A DNA stretch of 14,133 bases from Promethearchaeota archaeon (GTDB lineage Archaea > Asgardarchaeota > Thorarchaeia > Thorarchaeales > Thorarchaeaceae), in the NCBI GenBank assembly GCA_048939765.1, contig JBHLPF010000056.1, positions 1 through 14,133 on the forward strand, given 5' to 3'. The notes beneath the pieces are model-generated. The model saw only the letters and a list, made by a program, of their open reading frames with translations, was not told the origin of the DNA and searched no databases. The number at the start of each line of letters is the position of its first letter. The first letter of the stretch is position 1. Positions 6,716 to 14,133 of the stretch are shown here, in pieces. A program made the position numbers and the translations under genes.

Positions 6716-8332
6716 ATGACACCACCATCTGACCCATCAGAAGTATCTCCGGGATTTGATGAAGCGATGTATCTTGATATTCTTCGAGACAATCCGCCCC
6801 TGAAGCGCTATGTATCCCGGGGGGACACACGAGATTCAATTGATATCATTGGGCCCCACGAAGACGCTGACCGTGCAATCTTTCGAGCAATTCGTTTTAC
6901 AATGCAAGATGGCATTCCGCGATTTCAGCCTATTCTGGGAAGTGCTGGGATGGGAAAAACACACTTATTCTGGTCATTGAAAGACCGAGAAGACTACTTC
7001 AAAAGAGGAAGATTCCTGGCTGTCTATGTACCATCTCCTCCCGCTCCAATTCGCATTCCTCTTCATATTCATGCCTGTATTGTTGATACGGCAGGAGAAG
7101 ACATCTTCAATCAGGCTGTTGATATGCTATTGATTAAGTTTGGTGGTCTGGGTGGCGTTTCGCATGAAACATATGACTACACATATGCAATGGAGCGACT
7201 GCTATGCGACTATCCTGGAATATCGGCAGATGTTATGAAGACGCTTCTGAGGTATCGGCTAGACCCGGCTAACAGTGATCTTGCTAGACGCTGGCTTTTT
7301 GGTGATGCGCTCAGTAATGAAGAGATTGTTCGGCTTGGTGTTCGAACCGTATTGGAAGAAGACGATGTTACACTGGCAACCCTCAAGCTTCTTGCTGAAG
7401 GATCAACATTGCCTATCCTACTATTCATTGATGAGATGGAGGGACCATATAATACGCATGGCGAGGAAGCTGAGCGTCGGTTCTTTGAGACATTGAAGCG
7501 ACTATACAATGAAACACGAAACATCGTTATTGTTGCATCAAGTCTGACAGAGATCTGGGATCGGATCTATGAACTTGCTGATGCTCCGATGAAGTCTAGG
7601 ATGGAACGGGTGGTTCATCTACAGCCTTTTGAGAAGGACGATGTGGCTGAGTTCATTCATAAGACCATGAAAGAGTTCTGGACAGAACAGAATGTTGAGC
7701 CCCCTCCAGAGGCATTATTCCCATTCACCGAGAAGGACGTAGAAGAGATATTCGTAAAGTCGGATGGAGTGCCAAGGGATGCAATCAAACACGCGATCTC
7801 CAGACTGGATTCCATCCTATTTGAAAAAGAAGAGGTTGAGGTTGAGGAACAGCCAGACTATGTCATCAAGCTTACACCTACGGTTGTAATCAGTTCCATA
7901 ATCAAGGCGATGGAAGTGACAGGAAAATCCACGGGTATTGATGTGGAGATAGATGCAGATGCAACCAAGGCGACCAAGGAATCTACATCGATTGTCCTAG
8001 TTACAAAGGGTGGTGTCACCAGAAAGGTGGGAATTGATGTTCCTGGAGTTAAGGATTGGAATCGCAGTGGAGGTGTTGCGGCGTTCTATTCAGCAAAACG
8101 TCTTCAGAAACTAATCGAATCTGGTGCCATCAATATGGGAGTCATCGCTGTTCCAGAAGCCACTGCCGGTGCCAAATTCGAGGCAGCCCTAGATGACTAT
8201 GGTGACTCATTAGTTGCAGTTCGACTTACTGAAGAGAGTGGACTTGACTTAGTAGAACGCACTACAGAGGGCCGACTATTGAAGGCTCAGAAAGATATTC
8301 TTACTGGCATTCTAGAACCTATTTTTGATTGA
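6716..8332 (+). CDS. AAA+ P-loop ATPase (BrxC/BrxD-like) with unassigned alpha/beta C-terminal domain
   Basis: Likely ATG 6716. Walker A GSAGMGKT, Walker B LLFIDEME, sensor-1-like VIVASS, Arg-finger-like KSRME, FPFT and sensor-2-like GVPRDAIK. Large helical insert with ARRWLFG between Walker A and B. Confidence 0.85.
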   Translation: MTPPSDPSEVSPGFDEAMYLDILRDNPPLKRYVSRGDTRDSIDIIGPHEDADRAIFRAIRFTMQDGIPRFQPILGSAGMGKTHLFWSLKDREDYFKRGRFLAVYVPSPPAPIRIPLHIHACIVDTAGEDIFNQAVDMLLIKFGGLGGVSHETYDYTYAMERLLCDYPGISADVMKTLLRYRLDPANSDLARRWLFGDALSNEEIVRLGVRTVLEEDDVTLATLKLLAEGSTLPILLFIDEMEGPYNTHGEEAERRFFETLKRLYNETRNIVIVASSLTEIWDRIYELADAPMKSRMERVVHLQPFEKDDVAEFIHKTMKEFWTEQNVEPPPEALFPFTEKDVEEIFVKSDGVPRDAIKHAISRLDSILFEKEEVEVEEQPDYVIKLTPTVVISSIIKAMEVTGKSTGIDVEIDADATKATKESTSIVLVTKGGVTRKVGIDVPGVKDWNRSGGVAAFYSAKRLQKLIESGAINMGVIAVPEATAGAKFEAALDDYGDSLVAVRLTEESGLDLVERTTEGRLLKAQKDILTGILEPIFD

Positions 8333-8392
8333 ATATCATGGGAAGAGGAATTTCGTATAAAGGCCACTCTATGAGTTTCTCCGCATAGCAGG

Positions 8393-8974
8393 CTAGTTCT
8401 CTTGCTGACCATTTTCTGAAGAGTCAGGCGCAGCTGGTGCATCTTCCTCCTCCTCACCTTTGCAGACAAGTTCCGGCAATACGATGATTGCAATGAAAAT
8501 AAGAGCGATAACAGCCAAGCCCGTGGGAGTTCTGAGAAACATCGACACTTCTCCAAGATAGGGGATTCTCAATATCACGACGCCTATTATCTCATCTATT
8601 GTGCGATTACCGGGGTCATTTGCGTGATTCGCATCGCCTTTTGTGAAGAAGTAGTAGGTTTCGCCCACAATGTCGATTGCCACAACTCGATGAACAACCG
8701 GTGCATCGGGAAACCACTCATCCTGATACACGATAATGTCACTGAGATGTATGTCTTCGGCTGGCCGCCCTTGCAGCACCAGAAGGTCTCCTCGTTGGAG
8801 TGCTGGAACCATTGAATCACTTGTCACGACTACCAAAGGACTTGAGGTTCGCATGGTGAGTATGAAACCACCATAGCCCCCAATCGTGATTAGAACGACG
8901 ATGAAGAGTACTATGACAGTCTTTTGCATCTCAGAGCGGCTGTCCCATCCCAATGCTTGGCGCACTCGTTCCAT
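8393..8974 (-). CDS. sec11: Signal peptidase I, archaeal/ER type (S26B)
   Basis: N-terminal TM, VVTSDSMVP (catalytic Ser), RGDLL, VVHRV (His), TKGDAN..ND, C-terminal TM and acidic tail. Likely start ATG 8974. Confidence 0.95.
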   Translation of the reverse strand: MERVRQALGWDSRSEMQKTVIVLFIVVLITIGGYGGFILTMRTSSPLVVVTSDSMVPALQRGDLLVLQGRPAEDIHLSDIIVYQDEWFPDAPVVHRVVAIDIVGETYYFFTKGDANHANDPGNRTIDEIIGVVILRIPYLGEVSMFLRTPTGLAVIALIFIAIIVLPELVCKGEEEEDAPAAPDSSENGQQEN

Positions 8975-9093
8975 TACTTGTGCCTCGACAGATGAGAGGA
9001 ATTGTGGTTGACTAATAAAACTGACTGCGCTATTCTGCTCGACAAGCCTAGAACGCAACGTTAAACTGGGCGTAGCGAGTCTTCCATTATATC

Positions 9094-10233
9094 ATGAGCA
9101 GTCTATGGGTAAAGACGTGGAAAAGCACGCCTCAAATTGACTGTGGTCTTTGCGGAGAGGCGACCTGCGCCAGCTTTGCAAGGGCTTTGGTTGTAGGTAG
9201 GACTGAATTAGACAAATGTCCTCTTCTTGCCCTAGACAAATACAAAGACCGTCGAGAGGAGTTGGAGCATCTAAGCAAGAGAAGACCAAAACTGATAGGA
9301 AAGTCTGCGGCGAAGCTACCAGAAGGAGGAATGCTTCTCACACGTCCCTGTCAAGACACAGATGAAAAGGTCATGGCGGAACTCCGAGTGTTCAATGGTG
9401 TCGAAGCTGGCGAGCCGATTTACTTTGGAGTGTTTGAACCCTCGCTTCTCTGCGATTTCATGGACTGTATCGCGGATAGATTTGAACTAGTACGTTGCAG
9501 TAGAGACCTTGGATATGGCAGAGCAGAGATCGAAGACATGAGCATCACAATACTGCAAGATGGCAGAGTGAATATGAGGAGAGTCAGTGACGAGCAGCGT
9601 GTTTTAGACCTATTCAGACAGATTGAGCGTGCAATCTATGGTTCAATTATATGCAACTGCTGTGGCCATGATCTCCTCTCGGTGGTATCTGGATTTGCGC
9701 CACTAGAGAACGAACCCCATACTGTGCTTTCAGCTGGGAGCACACTTAGTCTAGACACTGAGATTCTTGAGAACAGAATGACTTCTCCTGAGATTAAATC
9801 TATCCTTCACAAGGCTGGAGTTATGGAGCACATCGAGACGGCTATCGAGCAGCTCAATGCGCTCCTTGCCAAGATTGATGCTAAGGACTTCTCAGCCACT
9901 TTCATGGATCATGACGCTGATTCAGGATTCTGCTCGATAGCGAATGTTGCAGTCAACAGCACTGACGATTCTCTATTCACCATCGCTGTGATTGCGCTGG
10001 CTCTGCTAAAGGCCGTTAATAATGCAGTAGCTGGGTTGTCAGAGATTCAAACTATATTTCGTGAAGGATCCGAAGCCCAAGTTGAAGCCGGACTCCAGCT
10101 ATTATCGAACGCGGAAGTCGGTCAATTGAATCCATCATTGGAATATTCAGATGATCTCATTGAGATAGTTGCGCACCTGACACGCGTAAATCGCACCATC
10201 AATTTACTTAGAGATCATGGCTGGAAATCCTAG
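9094..10233 (+). CDS. Fe-S cluster-binding domain protein of unknown function
   Basis: N-terminal PQIDCGLCGEATCASFARAL...KCP (CxxCxxxxC...CP, as in RnfB/AcsC N-terminal FeS domain). Extra Cys motifs TRPC, RCSRDLG, ICNCCG. Helical C-terminal region. TATA-like GTTAAAC at 9060-9066. Confidence 0.85.
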   Translation: MSSLWVKTWKSTPQIDCGLCGEATCASFARALVVGRTELDKCPLLALDKYKDRREELEHLSKRRPKLIGKSAAKLPEGGMLLTRPCQDTDEKVMAELRVFNGVEAGEPIYFGVFEPSLLCDFMDCIADRFELVRCSRDLGYGRAEIEDMSITILQDGRVNMRRVSDEQRVLDLFRQIERAIYGSIICNCCGHDLLSVVSGFAPLENEPHTVLSAGSTLSLDTEILENRMTSPEIKSILHKAGVMEHIETAIEQLNALLAKIDAKDFSATFMDHDADSGFCSIANVAVNSTDDSLFTIAVIALALLKAVNNAVAGLSEIQTIFREGSEAQVEAGLQLLSNAEVGQLNPSLEYSDDLIEIVAHLTRVNRTINLLRDHGWKS

Positions 10234-10688
10234 TGGGTCCATTCCTTTGTGGCCTTGTCAATAATCCTCTGCGCATTCGGGTGCTGAGCCGTGTCAATTC
10301 GCCACTCATGTACCCACTTCCACTCACCACTTGCCTGAATGAAATTCTGGAAGATCTTTAGGTTCTGCGCTTCAAGACGAGCACATTTCATAGCTTGGAT
10401 GTCATCACACCTGATAGGAGGACATATTGTCGAGCTAACAACATACCACAGATCCTCACCCAATTTCGTTGCTGCTATCACAGCTGGACATGGATCTATG
10501 TTCTCACGAAAGATTACTTGATCTCCCTCATTGATAGATACATCTCCTTCAACGATTGAGCCATCCTTTCTCCTAACGGTGGTGATAAAATCAGTTAGCA
10601 CCCTTTCAGCGCCTTTCTTGACATCATTCAAACTGGCCTTAACAACAATCCCTTCATATAATGCGGAACCTTCGGAACTCATCTTCAT
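10230..10688 (-). CDS. Hypothetical protein with four Cys
   Basis: GGAG RBS just upstream of ATG 10688; 152 aa; DPCP and CPPIRC...KC. Its stop overlaps the convergent gene's stop in CTAG (10230-10233). Confidence 0.75.
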   Translation of the reverse strand: MKMSSEGSALYEGIVVKASLNDVKKGAERVLTDFITTVRRKDGSIVEGDVSINEGDQVIFRENIDPCPAVIAATKLGEDLWYVVSSTICPPIRCDDIQAMKCARLEAQNLKIFQNFIQASGEWKWVHEWRIDTAQHPNAQRIIDKATKEWTH

Positions 10689-10830
10689 GACTCCAATTCA
10701 TCTATGATTAATGCAAGCAAATCACACTTTATCTTTTGCCGAAAGCAATCATCTATGTATTTTCTCGTCAGAACTAACCTTAGTCCTTAAAAGATGGCTT
10801 AGAAACTTGCACGGGTGCTCGGTGGATGAA

Positions 10831-12210
10831 ATGAGGATAACCCCGGTTCGCTCTGAAGGACTCGCACACCTCTCGTATTTTGTGAGCTCCGAAGGCGAAG
10901 CAATGGTAGTTGACCCTCGGCGTGATGTCGACGTGTATCTGGATTTGGCGGATAAGAGTCAATCAAGAGTCACTCACATCTTTGAAACGCACCGAAACGA
11001 GGACTATGCGATTGGGTCTCTTGAATTGCAGTATCATGTCCCACTCGTTGAGATTTGCCATAGTAAGGAAACCAGATTCAAGTATGGAAACCATTCACTC
11101 ACTCATGAGGATTCATTCAGAGTGGGATCCATGAAAGTCACTTGCCTCCATACCCCTGGACATACAGATGATAGCATGTGCTACCTACTCTCGGACATGT
11201 CAGTGAGTGCCAGCCCTATAGTTATCTTCACGGGAGACACACTCTTTGTTGGGGAGGTGGGAAGAACAGATCTAGTTGACAAGAAGCGACATGAGGAGAT
11301 GTCTAGGAAGTTATACTCTAGTCTGCAAGAAACAATACTTCCACTCGGGGATGGCATCATAGTCTATCCAGGTCATGGTGCTGGATCCGTATGCGGCGGG
11401 GATATCGGAAAGAGGGAGTTCTCTACCATTGGTTTCGAGCGTAGTAATAGCAAGTGGTTGAGCTTGGACGAAGATGAATTTGTGCGAAGGAAATTGAGTC
11501 AGAGTCTCACATATTCCACGTACTTCAAGCACTGCGAATATCTCAATACTATTGGTCCTCCACTAATAGCAGAGCTTGCGACGCCTCGGGCTCTCGATCC
11601 AGAAACTCTTGACAAATTGAGAGGTGAGCCAGACCACGTTGTAGTAGATACGAGGTCTCCTGACTTCTTTGTCTGCGGTCATGTCCCCGACGCAATTAGT
11701 GCACCTCTCAAAGATATGGGACTGTTTGCTGGATGGGTAATGGAGCCAGATTGGAAATTCCTGTTGGTATTGGAGAGGAGTGAAGATCTGCAATTGGCAA
11801 GGAGTATCTTGCTAAGAATTGGATTTGACAATGTTATTGGGTATTTGGGATCTGGAATGGACGGATGGTATGAGACGGGAAGACCAAGAAGCACCATCAG
11901 AACCATTGATTTGGACGTCTTGAAAGATGTCTTTGAAACTGGAACTCTGGAGATGGTTGATGTGCGCCAACCACATGAACAAGAACGGGAGTATATTGAA
12001 GGTTCGAAATTCATTCCATTGACAGATATTAGGGCGCAGTCTTCTGAAATCGATCAGGAACAATCTATTGTGACCATGTGTCCAGGCGGAGTCAGAGCAA
12101 CAGCAGCGGCGAGCTTGCTGAAGAGAGCAGGACATGAGAACATTTCAGTTTCTCTTGATGGAATCAAGGGGTGGAGGCAGAAAGGCTATCCGATTAAAAC
12201 TCAGGAGTAG
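10831..12210 (+). CDS. MBL-fold persulfide-dioxygenase-like domain fused to two rhodanese domains (CstB-like)
   Basis: GGTGG RBS, ATG 10831. VVDPRRD, FETHRNEDY, HTPGHT, FTGDTLF, YPGHGAGSVCG. First rhodanese (VVDTRS...GHVPDA) lacks an active-loop Cys; second (VDVRQ...CPGGVRA...LDGIKGW) has it. Confidence 0.92.
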   Translation: MRITPVRSEGLAHLSYFVSSEGEAMVVDPRRDVDVYLDLADKSQSRVTHIFETHRNEDYAIGSLELQYHVPLVEICHSKETRFKYGNHSLTHEDSFRVGSMKVTCLHTPGHTDDSMCYLLSDMSVSASPIVIFTGDTLFVGEVGRTDLVDKKRHEEMSRKLYSSLQETILPLGDGIIVYPGHGAGSVCGGDIGKREFSTIGFERSNSKWLSLDEDEFVRRKLSQSLTYSTYFKHCEYLNTIGPPLIAELATPRALDPETLDKLRGEPDHVVVDTRSPDFFVCGHVPDAISAPLKDMGLFAGWVMEPDWKFLLVLERSEDLQLARSILLRIGFDNVIGYLGSGMDGWYETGRPRSTIRTIDLDVLKDVFETGTLEMVDVRQPHEQEREYIEGSKFIPLTDIRAQSSEIDQEQSIVTMCPGGVRATAAASLLKRAGHENISVSLDGIKGWRQKGYPIKTQE

Positions 12211-12255
12211 AATTCGTAGGGATTATCGACACAATAGAGGAAGGTGAATCATTGT

Positions 12256-13839
12256 ATGTCACAGGGATTCTCAGGTCGTTCCGACGTGCTTGCAAAGAAT
12301 GGTCTTGTAGCGACTTCTCAGCCTCTAGCCACGCAAGCTGGACTCAGGGTGCTTCAAGCTGGTGGGAACGCCATCGATGCGGCAATCGCAGCAGCAGCCG
12401 TCCTCGATGTTGTAGAGCCGTTCAGCACGGGATGTGGCGGGGATGCATTTGCATTGATTCATATGCCAGGAGCAAAGAAGCCCTTAAGCTACAATGGTTC
12501 AGGGCGGGCGGGCTCTCTTGTATCCTTTGAAGAACTCAAGGAAAAGGGATGGACTGAGATACCTCTGCTAGGTGGTGCATCTGTTACCGTTCCCGGTGCC
12601 ATGCATCTCTGGTTCTATCTTGTTGAGCAACATGGCTCTCTTGAAATGAGTGAGGTGCTTTGCGATGCTATCCATTATGCTAGAGAAGGGTTTCCGGTTT
12701 CCCCCATTATTGCCAGATCTTGGGCCGGAAATGTTGATGGTTTGCTGAACGACGCAGCTAAGGGCATATTCATGCCTAATGGTCGAGCTCCACTGACAGG
12801 CGACATAATGCGGAATAGGGATCTCGCTGCAACTTTTGAGCGTCTCTCAAGGGAGGGGGTGGATGCTTTTTATGCCGGCGACATAGCCGAAGCGATTGTC
12901 AACACCGTTCAGAACCATGACGGATTTCTCACTATGGATGATATGGAGCGGCACAGGTCTCTCCAGACGGAACCAATCTCTACAGACTATCGAGGACTTT
13001 GTGTATACGAGCATCCTCCAAACGGCCAAGGCTTTGCAGCACTCGAAATGCTCAACCTGATGGAAGAGTACAACATCTCAGGGTATGATTCCCTGGCGGC
13101 GGAGCGTTTCCACATTATGATTGAGGCCAAGAAACTCGCTTATGCGGACCTTATGCAGCATTGCGCGGATCCAGAATTCTACAAGGTTCCTATACCTCAG
13201 CTCATTTCCAAAGTGTATTCGAAAACTAGAGCTGAACTCATCAAAATGAATGAAGCATCTGGCTCTTTTAGAACAGGCATTCCATTGGGGCAAGATACAA
13301 TCTATCTTTGCACTGCCGATAGTGACGGACAAGCCGTGTCGTTCATCAATAGCTTGTACCTGGGTTTCGGAAGCGGGCTTGTTGTTCCTGGGACCGGAAT
13401 CAAGCTTCACTGCCGGGGTAACCTCTTTTCACTGGATCCTGGTCATCCGAATCGATATGAACCCGGAAAACTACCTTTCCACACAATCATTCCGGGTGCT
13501 CTCTATGAGGGAGATCACTTTCATGGCGTGTTTGGTATCATGGGAGGCGCGCACCAAGCCCAAGCACATGCTCAGTTTGTCAGCAATATTGTCGACCATG
13601 AGATGTCTCCACAACAGGCCATAGACCATCCTCGGTTCAATCACGATCAAGGTTCTAATACAGTGGCGGTAGAAGCGGGAGTTCCTCAGACCGTTCAAAT
13701 CGAACTCCTTCGACTGGGACATACCATCGTGGAATCACCCATGGCGGCTTTTGGTGGAGGACAGGCAATTCTCAGATGTGGCAGTGGTTGGATTGCGGGT
13801 TCCGACCATCGAAAGGATGGCATGGCCGCGGGCTTCTAG
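12256..13839 (+). CDS. ggt: Gamma-glutamyltransferase family protein (Ntn hydrolase)
   Basis: AGGTGA RBS 12242-12247. VATSQPLA, GGNAIDAAIA, GCGGDAF, VTVPGA, PPNGQG, autocleavage/nucleophile Thr in QDTIYL, GFGSG, PGKLPFHTIIP, GIMGG, GSDHRKDG. Confidence 0.95.
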   Translation: MSQGFSGRSDVLAKNGLVATSQPLATQAGLRVLQAGGNAIDAAIAAAAVLDVVEPFSTGCGGDAFALIHMPGAKKPLSYNGSGRAGSLVSFEELKEKGWTEIPLLGGASVTVPGAMHLWFYLVEQHGSLEMSEVLCDAIHYAREGFPVSPIIARSWAGNVDGLLNDAAKGIFMPNGRAPLTGDIMRNRDLAATFERLSREGVDAFYAGDIAEAIVNTVQNHDGFLTMDDMERHRSLQTEPISTDYRGLCVYEHPPNGQGFAALEMLNLMEEYNISGYDSLAAERFHIMIEAKKLAYADLMQHCADPEFYKVPIPQLISKVYSKTRAELIKMNEASGSFRTGIPLGQDTIYLCTADSDGQAVSFINSLYLGFGSGLVVPGTGIKLHCRGNLFSLDPGHPNRYEPGKLPFHTIIPGALYEGDHFHGVFGIMGGAHQAQAHAQFVSNIVDHEMSPQQAIDHPRFNHDQGSNTVAVEAGVPQTVQIELLRLGHTIVESPMAAFGGGQAILRCGSGWIAGSDHRKDGMAAGF

Positions 13840-13911
13840 GGATGTGAAATGCCGCTACCGGAAACATTGAACTAGTCCATAGCTAGCCACCTTCAGTCTA
13901 AGGTGATTCTA

Positions 13912-14133
13912 GTGGAGGAATACCGAGAAGAGAGTGACCTGTTAGGAACTAGGAAGATCCCCAAAGATGCCTATTGGGGTGTACAGACACTCAGGGCGCG
14001 GGAGAACTTCGGAGTGTCTCTTGTGAACCTGAATAACTATTCGACGCTCATTGAAACCTTGGCAATGGTGAAGAAGGCATGCGCTCTTGCAAATCGTGAT
14101 CTTGGCCATCTCTCAAAGAAGTATGCTGATGCC
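13912..14133 (+). CDS. aspA: Aspartate ammonia-lyase (fumarase/aspartase family), N-terminal part only
   Basis: Not in ORF track. AGGTGA RBS 13901-13906, GTG 13912: MEEYREESDLLGTRKIPKDAYWGVQTLRARENF...LAMVKKACALANRDLG. SDLLG and QTLRA.ENF favour AspA over FumC. Confidence 0.85.
   Translation, partial: MEEYREESDLLGTRKIPKDAYWGVQTLRARENFGVSLVNLNNYSTLIETLAMVKKACALANRDLGHLSKKYADA

Noticed and set aside
6716-8332. BREX defence system or Orc1/Cdc6 origin locus
   Set aside because: No pglX/pglZ/brxA/brxB in the window, no recognisable winged-helix domain and no ORB-like repeats seen.
10711-10830. Long N-terminal extensions in the ORF track (also 1006-1092, 6686-6715, 8975-9058, 4361-4381)
   Set aside because: Downstream starts have RBS motifs or match the expected family N-termini, and the extensions cover promoter-like DNA.
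1-14133. CRISPR array, tRNA/rRNA, IS element or prophage
   Set aside because: No regularly spaced repeats, cloverleaf, transposase, integrase or phage genes recognised; intergenic gaps are all under about 200 nt.

Overview
Gene-dense archaeal window. GGTGA/GGAG ribosome-binding sites, TATA-like boxes, a Sec11-type signal peptidase and a tungsten AOR point to an anaerobic archaeon; Asgard/Thorarchaeota is my unverified impression. There are 14 complete CDS and 2 truncated at the edges: a secreted protein (partial), a membrane-anchored HhH/DUF4332-like protein, a hypothetical protein, aldehyde:ferredoxin oxidoreductase, three MoaD/ThiS/SAMP ubiquitin-like proteins, a divergent RtcB-superfamily protein coupled to an HD phosphohydrolase, a BrxC/BrxD-like AAA+ ATPase, Sec11, an Fe-S protein, a Cys-containing hypothetical protein, a CstB-like MBL-rhodanese fusion, gamma-glutamyltransferase and aspA (partial). 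Best candidate for an undescribed system: the HD + RtcB-like operon (4645-6575). It keeps most RtcB metal ligands and the nucleophilic His but has rewritten nucleotide/RNA-contact motifs, and it lies head-to-head with the ATPase. Second highlight: the ubiquitin-like cluster after AOR. It includes a Ubl whose GG is masked by a C-terminal tail, plus an unannotated decayed copy of that gene (4199-4339) that reveals a tandem duplication. No rRNA, tRNA, CRISPR array or mobile element was recognised. All family assignments come from motif reading by eye, not database searches.
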